Below, one piece after another: positions 7,177-13,910 of a stretch of 20,000 nt of DNA; within the stretch, counting starts at the first letter, position 1, and every line of letters starts with the position of its first letter. The notes below the pieces were generated by a model. The model saw only the letters and a list, made by a program, of their open reading frames with translations, was not told where the DNA came from and ran no database searches. The translations under genes were made by a program, and so were the position numbers. Source of the stretch: an uncultured virus (IMG/VR IMGVR_UViG_3300028888_000118) (taxonomy: Duplodnaviria; Heunggongvirae; Uroviricota; Caudoviricetes); the IMG/VR virus record IMGVR_UViG_3300028888_000118. One strand, 5' to 3'.

Positions 7177-7827
7177 TCAGCACTCAAATTCAATTACTGT
7201 GGTAGCATTTGAAGTTGAGAGTGCCGCGTCAACTTTCGTGTTGAAGAAATCATATTCTTCTCTAAGTGCTGTGATTTTGTCCTGAACCTTATTCGGATCA
7301 ATAAGATCAATTGTGTTTGCTTCGATGTAAGCGTTTCTTGCGGATTCAATCACATCAGCCTGAATACCTTCCTTGTTTCCAAAAAGTCCGGTAACGTAGC
7401 GATCTGCATAATCAGTAATTGCGTCATTAGTCTTCTTGATTGTGTTCATGCAAACCTTATATTGACTTGCAAGTGTGTTTGCGAGTTTCGCAACAAAGTC
7501 AATACCGACATTCCGGTACTCGATCAGTTCAGCAACGGTCATTGTAACAGTTTCACCGTTATCTCGTGCAATCGTCACCTCTGTAATTGCATTGCTCTTT
7601 GTAATGGCTCTCTTAATGGCATTTCTTCTCCTAATGAGGTCTTCCACCTTCTGCATTGCTGACTTCATGGATACACTGTAATCAGCAATACTCATACCAT
7701 CAATTTTGGTATTTGAGTGCTTAGTAGTGTTTACGTAGACACTCTGAGACATTTCCTTCTCAATTCTGCTTGCAAGTGTTTTAAGTTCCGCAAGACCCTC
7801 GTGAACTGTCATTGTGTACTTCTGCAT
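7177..7827 (-). CDS. helical coiled-coil protein, possibly distantly DIP1984/DUF6847-like
   Basis: 216 aa, GGAGG RBS; MTVHEGLAELK...SNAITEV and MTVAELIE...SNATTVI internal repeat. Family resemblance is from memory only. Confidence 0.8.
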   Translation of the reverse strand: MQKYTMTVHEGLAELKTLASRIEKEMSQSVYVNTTKHSNTKIDGMSIADYSVSMKSAMQKVEDLIRRRNAIKRAITKSNAITEVTIARDNGETVTMTVAELIEYRNVGIDFVAKLANTLASQYKVCMNTIKKTNDAITDYADRYVTGLFGNKEGIQADVIESARNAYIEANTIDLIDPNKVQDKITALREEYDFFNTKVDAALSTSNATTVIEFEC

Positions 7828-7877
7828 AATAAATTCCTCCTAAACTTTAATTCCTTACTAGCTTCTTGCTAGCATAA

Positions 7878-7953
7878 TGGTGGTTAGAGTCCGAGTCGAA
7901 CGAACTTCTGCCGATTTTCAGTCGGCGGCACCAACCGTGTATACCATCTAACC
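7878..7953 (-). tRNA. tRNA-Phe (GAA)
   Basis: GGTTAGA/TCTAACC, GCCGA-CTGAAAA-TCGGC, encoded CCA. Confidence 0.9.
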
Positions 7954-7972
7954 GTTTCTTGATTACAATCAT

Positions 7973-8001
7973 AGTATAACATATTTTCTTAGTTTTGTCA
8001 A
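7973..8001 (-). promoter_or_regulatory. sigma-A-type promoter
   Basis: TTGACA-N17-TATACT with extended TG, ~20 nt upstream of tRNA-Phe. Confidence 0.88.
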
Positions 8002-8022
8002 TACCTTTTCGTGCCAAAGTCA

Positions 8023-8310
8023 TTACAAGTTTTCATCTTGTTTTTGTGCAACATCACTAGACTGTAATTGATCAATAAGAGATTTAAGCCTTACAATCAT
8101 TTCCTGCTTGTCATAAACAGAAATATCAAAATTCTCTGGAATAAAGATCATGTTCGGTTTCTTGTCTGATATACTTTCAATGTGTTTCTTGATAGCGTCA
8201 CACATAGCATAAATTTCTGATTTGGTATATACTAAATCTGTTTTACATGTTACGCACATTACTTCATTGTCTTTTGGTAAAGGTACATTTTTGAATTCAA
8301 ATTCGTACAT
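8023..8310 (-). CDS. hypothetical protein
   Basis: 95 aa, GAGGTG RBS. Confidence 0.7.
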   Translation of the reverse strand: MYEFEFKNVPLPKDNEVMCVTCKTDLVYTKSEIYAMCDAIKKHIESISDKKPNMIFIPENFDISVYDKQEMIVRLKSLIDQLQSSDVAQKQDENL

Positions 8311-8338
8311 AATATCACACCTCTCGTTTATTTTGATA

Positions 8339-8409
8339 AGGCAACAGTTGGATTTGAACCAACGATTACGGTGTTGCGGACCGCTGTGTTACCACTTCAC
8401 TATGTTGCC
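8339..8409 (-). tRNA. tRNA-Cys (GCA)
   Basis: GGCAACA/TGTTGCC, U73, GCGGT-CCGCAAC-ACCGT. Confidence 0.88.
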
Positions 8410-8448
8410 GTGATCACGCCTATTATTAATATCCTGAATAGGCACAGG

Positions 8449-8571
8449 TGTCTAATGACCTGCCGTTCTGTTTTTCCGTGACATAATACGCTATTAAAAC
8501 ATACTATGCGCCTTGACTATCCTAGACCGGATAGGTGGGAATCGAACCCACTCACGGGAACATACTAGACA
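8449..8571 (-). ncRNA. circularly permuted tRNA-like RNA (Y RNA/YrlA-like topology, candidate)
   Basis: T arm GTGGG-TTCGATT-CCCAC directly followed by a loop-closed acceptor-like hairpin CTATCC/GGATAG; enclosed by CCGTGA/TCACGG and TGTCTAG/TTAGACA. Confidence 0.6.
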
Positions 8572-8573
8572 TT

Positions 8574-8649
8574 TGGTAGCGGATATCTGATTTGAACAGA
8601 TGACATAATGCGTATGAAGCATTCACTCTACCAACTGAGTTAATCCACC
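8574..8649 (-). tRNA. tRNA-Met (CAT, elongator type)
   Basis: GGTGGAT/ATCCGCT, AATGC-TTCATAC-GCATT, encoded CCA; lacks initiator features. Confidence 0.88.
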
Positions 8650-8653
8650 AGAA

Positions 8654-8727
8654 CTCCCGCAGAGGGATTTGAACCCCCCGACAAAAAGATTAACAATCTT
8701 CTGCGCTACCGACTGCGCTATGCGGGA
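8654..8727 (-). tRNA. tRNA-Asn (GTT)
   Basis: TCCCGCA/TGCGGGA, loop TTGTTAA, G73. Confidence 0.92.
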
Positions 8728-8742
8728 TTATTTATTTAATGA

Positions 8743-8815
8743 TGTGCCAAGAGGGGATCGAACCCTCGACCTTCCACTTAAAAGGCGGATGCTCTGCCAA
8801 CTGAGCTATTGGCAC
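8743..8815 (-). tRNA. tRNA-Lys (TTT)
   Basis: GTGCCAA/TTGGCAC, loop CTTTTAA. Confidence 0.93.
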
Positions 8816-8834
8816 ATCAATTATACCGAATTTT

Positions 8835-9536
8835 TTACACAAGCATATCTTTAACTTTCTGATCACTGAGCCATGTAGGAAATTCTTTAAGCAAATCCTG
8901 ATAAGTAATGTTTTCTGCCTTACTTACTGCAAAAAAGTCAGCATTATCCACGTACCGACCTTCCAGATTATCTAGGCTTTCCAGATAGCTAAACTTTGAA
9001 TCACCGAGTCCTACAAATTGCCAGAAAATAGGTTTCTTTGCGGCTTCAATAATTGTTGCTGTTGTATCCGTTTTATCATTGTCGAAATTATCTCCATCTG
9101 TAATAAAAATAACATATACAGGCAACTTCTCATTTTTATAAAATTTAATGATATCTCCCATAACTGGGCTATAGTTTGTTCCGCCCATGCTCTTTCCTTT
9201 TGTTTCCCGCTTAATGTATCCGTCCAGATTATTCAGATTTGCATCTTTAAGTCTACGACAACTATCAGAAAAAAGCCACGTTTCCATACTACCATCATCA
9301 TCAAAGTTCATTGCAAGCGGTAGCATTTTTTCAACAACTCTCTGAACAGTTCCGTTGCTATACAACCAATCCATAGAACCGCTGTAATCAAGAACAAGTG
9401 CTACTTTTGCTTTGAGATCAATTAGTGGCTTCTTGTCAAGACATACTTTATGTACTTCCTCTTTTGCAAGATTCACTTTTTGTACAAGACTTGTTTCATC
9501 ATTGTCTTTTTTCTTGAACATATCAAAAATTCCCAT
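8835..9536 (-). CDS. vWA domain protein (vWA-TerF-like)
   Basis: MIDAS DYSGSM, GGTNYSP, FITDG, PIFWQFVGLG, RYVDNADFF. Confidence 0.88.
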   Translation of the reverse strand: MGIFDMFKKKDNDETSLVQKVNLAKEEVHKVCLDKKPLIDLKAKVALVLDYSGSMDWLYSNGTVQRVVEKMLPLAMNFDDDGSMETWLFSDSCRRLKDANLNNLDGYIKRETKGKSMGGTNYSPVMGDIIKFYKNEKLPVYVIFITDGDNFDNDKTDTTATIIEAAKKPIFWQFVGLGDSKFSYLESLDNLEGRYVDNADFFAVSKAENITYQDLLKEFPTWLSDQKVKDMLV

Positions 9537-9566
9537 TATAAAATTCCTCCGTAGTTATTAAAATAG

Positions 9567-9640
9567 CATGGGAGCGAGGAATCGAACCCACTAATCTTGC
9601 AGTTTTGGAGACTGCCGTGCTACCATTACACTACTCCCCT
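9567..9640 (-). tRNA. tRNA-Trp (CCA), degenerate acceptor and T stems
   Basis: GCAGT-CTCCAAA-ACTGC arm and D arm intact; mismatches in the T stem (GTGGG/CCTCG) and at acceptor position 2. Confidence 0.75.
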
Positions 9641-9648
9641 ATGTTTAA

Positions 9649-9891
9649 CTAATCGGTCGATCCGTCAGGATGATCTTCAAGCCACTCATAATAAAAATCA
9701 GCTTCATAATACCAATTTTCTTCTACTTGAATCCAATGCCATTCAGCGTCAGAAAAATCATAGTTTTCAAACTCATAACCATAAATTTGATAATACTGCT
9801 CACTTTCGTTCATTGCTTCGATACGTGCAGTGTCCTTTGCTGTATTTCGGTTGTATGATTTTTTACGGTAATATTTTTTACCATGATTCAT
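9649..9891 (-). CDS. hypothetical protein (basic N-terminus, acidic/aromatic C-terminus)
   Basis: ATG at 9891 behind AAAGAGGTG; 80 aa. Confidence 0.6.
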   Translation of the reverse strand: MNHGKKYYRKKSYNRNTAKDTARIEAMNESEQYYQIYGYEFENYDFSDAEWHWIQVEENWYYEADFYYEWLEDHPDGSTD

Positions 9892-10057
9892 AACGCACCT
9901 CTTTATTGTTGTATCCGCTGTTCTATATCCAACCATCTCCGCAGATATGGCGGCTCTTCATTATCCATATAATGCGAACTTCCGGTGTCCGAATGACACA
10001 GCGTAGGCAAGCGGCTTACCTATTTATAGATTATTATAAATTATACAGTATGATTAT

Positions 10058-10783
10058 TTAGTATTCTTCATTAACTAAATAACATTTAACTGCAACCACA
10101 CCAATATTTTGAAACGGGCAGTTATTTGCATTCGTGTAGAAGAAATCTATTGTTTCGTTTGCATCAATTGTCATGTTTCCAACTGTTACATCTTCCGATG
10201 TAGAACAGTCATCTAAATAATAAAGACCGTTCATTTCCGGAAACTCCGGAATCTCTAAATATACAACTGTTCTATTTCCATGTAGGTTATATCCTAATTC
10301 AGTATATAGGAAATAACTTGCAACTGATCCTTTTATAATTCCGTCACCGACTGAACAATCAATCAGCGGTCTAAGTGATCCACCTTTAATTCCAGAAGAA
10401 CCACAATAGTATGTGCCATGCGTAAAAACTTTATATACAGCATCATACACCATTCTACACGAAGCACTTTGATCTGATACTACACAACTCTCTGTCACAG
10501 TAGTATAAACTGTTGTTTCAATAACAGGAGTTTCAGTTGTTGTAGTGGTCGTAAATGTAGTTGTTGTGATCGTAGTTGTTTCAGTCGTTGTTGTTTCTGT
10601 TGTAGTAGTTGTTGATAGTGTTGTTGTATCACTAGAACACATTGACGTTGTTTCAATATGCAATACATCTGAATCTGAATCAATTGGCATTTTGAATAAT
10701 TTTGCAAGTGCTACTGTACACGCAATAGCGATAAATATAAGAAAACATATTGCAGTAATATATGATGTATTTTTACTATTCAA
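10058..10783 (-). CDS. membrane-anchored Thr-rich protein with 3D-domain-like C-terminus (putative cell-wall binding/lytic)
   Basis: N-terminal hydrophobic helix, poly-Thr linker, C-terminal TYY..G, GLYYLDDC, IDFF motifs resembling 3D domains; TTG start behind GAAAGGA. Confidence 0.65.
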   Translation of the reverse strand: MNSKNTSYITAICFLIFIAIACTVALAKLFKMPIDSDSDVLHIETTSMCSSDTTTLSTTTTTETTTTETTTITTTTFTTTTTTETPVIETTVYTTVTESCVVSDQSASCRMVYDAVYKVFTHGTYYCGSSGIKGGSLRPLIDCSVGDGIIKGSVASYFLYTELGYNLHGNRTVVYLEIPEFPEMNGLYYLDDCSTSEDVTVGNMTIDANETIDFFYTNANNCPFQNIGVVAVKCYLVNEEY

Positions 10784-10808
10784 CTAATTCAATCCTTTCG
10801 ATCTAAAA

Positions 10809-11097
10809 CAGACTCAAAAACACGGCATACTCTGCAAATAACAGCGTATGTGTCCATCCGTGAAACCTATCTGCTATTGGTTTTTTAATAATGAAAGGAG
10901 TACCAGAATGGGTACGGAGTTGGTTTTGCTAACAAGTCTCAAAAACAGCTTACTATCTGAAACCTAACTTGTTTGGTTTTTTTACAAGTGCAGTTAGTAT
11001 TTATTCATAATCTGCAACTGAAAGTTTCATATGTTAATCAAACTCAATCGGATGCTAAAACAGTATTGCTACTGAAACCTCTCCGCCAGTGTTTTTT
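10809..11097 (-). ncRNA. three-copy structured RNA motif (candidate)
   Basis: Units at 11097-11049, 10983-10931 and 10886-10809 share AAAAAAC, AGGTTT and TTTT(T) loops with different but complementary stems. Confidence 0.7.
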
Positions 11098-11126
11098 AGT
11101 GTAAGAAAGTGAGGATAAGAAAATGT

Positions 11127-11200
11127 TGGTTTCCCTAGCAGGACTCGAACCTGCGATACTGGAGTCAAAGTCCAGTGCCTTACCACTTGGCGATAGGGAA
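11127..11200 (-). tRNA. tRNA-Gln (TTG)
   Basis: TTCCCTA/TAGGGAA, CTGGA-CTTTGAC-TCCAG, encoded CCA. Confidence 0.93.
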
Positions 11201-11203
11201 GTA

Positions 11204-11407
11204 TCAACCCTCATCCACAAGATCGTATTCGCACCAGTCATTTTCCAGTGCTTCTCTTGCCGCGCCGTAGTAATCATCTCTTGTCGGTTCGTATGCGTCA
11301 TATTCTTCTTCATTGTCGTAAGTGTCATCAGTATTATTAAAATGCCACTCTCTAGCTTCATCCTCATCAATATAAATTGTTGTTTGCCATGTGAATTTCA
11401 TTTCCAT
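11204..11407 (-). CDS. small highly acidic protein
   Basis: 67 aa, rich in D/E and aromatic residues; GAAAGGA RBS; first gene behind a promoter. Confidence 0.7.
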   Translation of the reverse strand: MEMKFTWQTTIYIDEDEAREWHFNNTDDTYDNEEEYDAYEPTRDDYYGAAREALENDWCEYDLVDEG

Positions 11408-11433
11408 AATTAAACATCCTTTCTTATTGTTTT

Positions 11434-11462
11434 ATTATAGCACACTTTCTTGAAAAAGTCAA
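11434..11462 (-). promoter_or_regulatory. sigma-A-type promoter
   Basis: TTGACT-N17-TATAAT with extended TG. Confidence 0.88.
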
Positions 11463-11479
11463 TATGTTTCTGAAAAAAT

Positions 11480-11746
11480 TCAATATTCGATCATGAATAT
11501 GAATTCATCGCCATCAACTTTATCCAACATTTCTTCAAGTGCAGAACTTGCTGAATAAATCATATCCTTGTCTTTCAAGTTATATGTGCGTTCAAATTCT
11601 CTACACCACCGATCAAGTTTCTGTTCAATTGTATCAGCGTTTATAAGATATAGCTTTTCGTATTCAGGAAAAGATAAGAACTGTTTTACTGCGAATCTTA
11701 CGTTTTCATCAAAATCTGACTCTGTACATAGTGCAATATTCTTCAT
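11480..11746 (-). CDS. hypothetical protein
   Basis: 88 aa, GAGGTG RBS. Confidence 0.7.
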   Translation of the reverse strand: MKNIALCTESDFDENVRFAVKQFLSFPEYEKLYLINADTIEQKLDRWCREFERTYNLKDKDMIYSASSALEEMLDKVDGDEFIFMIEY

Positions 11747-11787
11747 ATAATCACCTCACATTGAGTACATAACCTCTTTACAAATAT

Positions 11788-11816
11788 AGTATATCATATT
11801 TTTTATAGTTTGTCAA
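11788..11816 (-). promoter_or_regulatory. sigma-A-type promoter
   Basis: TTGACA-N17-TATACT with extended TG. Confidence 0.88.
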
Positions 11817-11846
11817 GTAGTTTTTGAAATTTTTATATTTTAATTA

Positions 11847-12983
11847 TTATCCATTACCTTTAGCCGCATTACAACTTCTACACAACATTTGAAGATTATT
11901 TTCAACTGTCTTTCCGCCCTTACTCCACGGAATGATATGATCACCATGCATATCAGAAAAGCTATATTCAGTATCAATACCATTTGCCATACAGATAGCA
12001 CACTTATGACCTTGTTTTTCATAAACACGGCGTTTCATCTGATCTGGAAATGTTCTGATAGACAGATATTTCTCATCTGCAAAAGTGCGGTCAGAAAGAA
12101 CATACGGAATAATTCCTGCCTGCTTCGTTACATCTTCATCCTGAATAAGTTTATCAATAACTGTACGCATTTCATTTGTATTATACTGCTTATTACGATA
12201 CTTATTGTAAAGTATTCCCCACTCTTGACCTTCAGTAAGTTTCTTCTGCATATTTGGAAACATACGCTTTGCCCAAGAGATCACTTCCTGAAAATATAAC
12301 CACAACTCGTTTGCGTCCATATCGTGTTGATGAATAGCCATGTATTTTCCGCCAGACGATAATCCGTCACGATCTGCAATCCATGCAAGAGCCTTTTCAA
12401 GATAATCCTGCCGGATAGGATTTCCTTTAATAAATCCGTCAGCCATTTGTCCTGCAACACAATTCCTCTTACTGAAATAGTTCTTTGCATCTGAAAGCCA
12501 TGTTCCGGCGTAAGTTGCATTAAGAAGTTCCTGATTTGTAAGAGTCTCACCTGCAATATTGATTACCTTAAACCATTCCAGTTTTTCTTCTTCCGTACCT
12601 TCGCAGATATAGATTGTCAGTTCATAATCTTTGATCTGCTGTTTCTCATTATCTGTAAGGTTATGAAAGAACTTATCATTACCGTTAATCTTGATAGCAA
12701 AATCGCCATTAAGGTACTGAGCAAGAGAAATTGTTCTCTGCTGTCCATCAAGAACTTCGTAAGTATCACTACCTGTTTTATTCCAGTACATAATATTAAG
12801 AGGAAATCCTTTACGAACAGTTTCAATTACCATATCTCTTTTCTTGTCGGTATAGCAAAATTCTCTTTGGAATGACGGACGTATGCAGAGTCTACCACTG
12901 TATCCGTATACCCCACCATCACCATCGTCAGTATATCCTTGACAGAGTTCAGATACTTTGATCTTTGTTTCTGTGATTCGCAT
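11847..12983 (-). CDS. DUF262 (GmrS/ParB-like) + HNH endonuclease
   Basis: RPSFQREF, VLDGQQRT and F..IN.AG..L motifs of DUF262; C-terminal CAIC...DHIIPWSKGG...NLQMLCRSCN HNH. Confidence 0.9.
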   Translation of the reverse strand: MRITETKIKVSELCQGYTDDGDGGVYGYSGRLCIRPSFQREFCYTDKKRDMVIETVRKGFPLNIMYWNKTGSDTYEVLDGQQRTISLAQYLNGDFAIKINGNDKFFHNLTDNEKQQIKDYELTIYICEGTEEEKLEWFKVINIAGETLTNQELLNATYAGTWLSDAKNYFSKRNCVAGQMADGFIKGNPIRQDYLEKALAWIADRDGLSSGGKYMAIHQHDMDANELWLYFQEVISWAKRMFPNMQKKLTEGQEWGILYNKYRNKQYNTNEMRTVIDKLIQDEDVTKQAGIIPYVLSDRTFADEKYLSIRTFPDQMKRRVYEKQGHKCAICMANGIDTEYSFSDMHGDHIIPWSKGGKTVENNLQMLCRSCNAAKGNG

Positions 12984-12984
12984 A

Positions 12985-13890
12985 TCAAGCACCTACTTTC
13001 TTACGAATAAGAATACGAGAATAAGGAATTTTGTCACCGATAGCTAACATCTTTTTACCATTAGCGTGATGCCAGCCTGTAGTATCGACATAACTGCCAA
13101 CATTTAACTGCCCCATAATGTCAAACTGTTCAATACAATGTTTATCTAAAAATGAAAGAGGTACACCCATAATACCATCAAAATCAACAGGTATATCAGA
13201 TACTTTATCAACATTGATAGCATCATAATTATCATATTTCGGATATTCTTCGGGCGTATAATTCTTCCAAAGAATGAGTTTTTCGTGACGCTTTGCAACA
13301 TCTAAATTTGAATACCAATTTATGTTTCCGAATTTCTTAATTGTTCCATCGGGTTGTACAAATTCATGTACATTTGTGCATCCAAGCCACATATCGCCTG
13401 ACATTAAAAAGGGAAATACTTCTTTATATTTAATGGCGTTCATACTTCCGATAATCAAAAACTTCTTCTTATGTTCCATCAGAACAGCCACATACTCACG
13501 GAACAGGCTGAAAGGCGGGTTAGTTACCACAATGTCTGCCTCATCAAGCAAGTCAAGACATTCCTGATTTCTGAAATCGCCGTTACCTTCAAGTGGAGTC
13601 TTTACACCGACCTCAATATCGTTATCATCGCCACCCATATATTCCATCTTATAGGTAGGCTCATTTTTGTCATAATGTGTGGAAATCAGCTTCTTGAGAC
13701 AAAGTTCTGCAAAGTTCAGATGAAAATACTTCCAGAATGCCGACCATGTAGGATCATCGCAGTTGCAGAGAACGATCTTATCTTTGAAATGTTTCTTATA
13801 GTGCATCAGTTCTTTAGAAACATCAGTAAGTTGTGTATAGAATTCATCATTCTTCTGTGTTTTTGCTCTGTGAAGATTTGCATTTTTCAT
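12985..13890 (-). CDS. adenine-specific DNA methyltransferase, EcoRI family
   Basis: KNDEFYT, CNCDDP, GDFR, VVTNPPFSLFREY, YPKYDNYDAI motifs. Confidence 0.92.
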   Translation of the reverse strand: MKNANLHRAKTQKNDEFYTQLTDVSKELMHYKKHFKDKIVLCNCDDPTWSAFWKYFHLNFAELCLKKLISTHYDKNEPTYKMEYMGGDDNDIEVGVKTPLEGNGDFRNQECLDLLDEADIVVTNPPFSLFREYVAVLMEHKKKFLIIGSMNAIKYKEVFPFLMSGDMWLGCTNVHEFVQPDGTIKKFGNINWYSNLDVAKRHEKLILWKNYTPEEYPKYDNYDAINVDKVSDIPVDFDGIMGVPLSFLDKHCIEQFDIMGQLNVGSYVDTTGWHHANGKKMLAIGDKIPYSRILIRKKVGA

Positions 13891-13910
13891 AATTACCATT
13901 CCTCCACAAT

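Noticed and set aside
10495..10650. GTT/GTA-rich low-complexity repeat
   Set aside because: Explained by the poly-Thr linker codons of the 10058-10783 gene.
10809..11097. CRISPR array interpretation of the three repeats
   Set aside because: No identical repeats or regular spacers; conservation is structural. The Cas4-like gene has no cas neighbours in the window.
5685..11126. HDV-like (theta) ribozymes in tRNA trailers
   Set aside because: I could not build the P1/P1.1/P2/P3 double pseudoknot by eye behind any tRNA; a motif search would be needed to exclude it fully.
11044..11413. ORFs 11044-11370 (-) and 11123-11413 (+)
   Set aside because: Overlap tRNA-Gln and the better-supported 11204-11407 gene.
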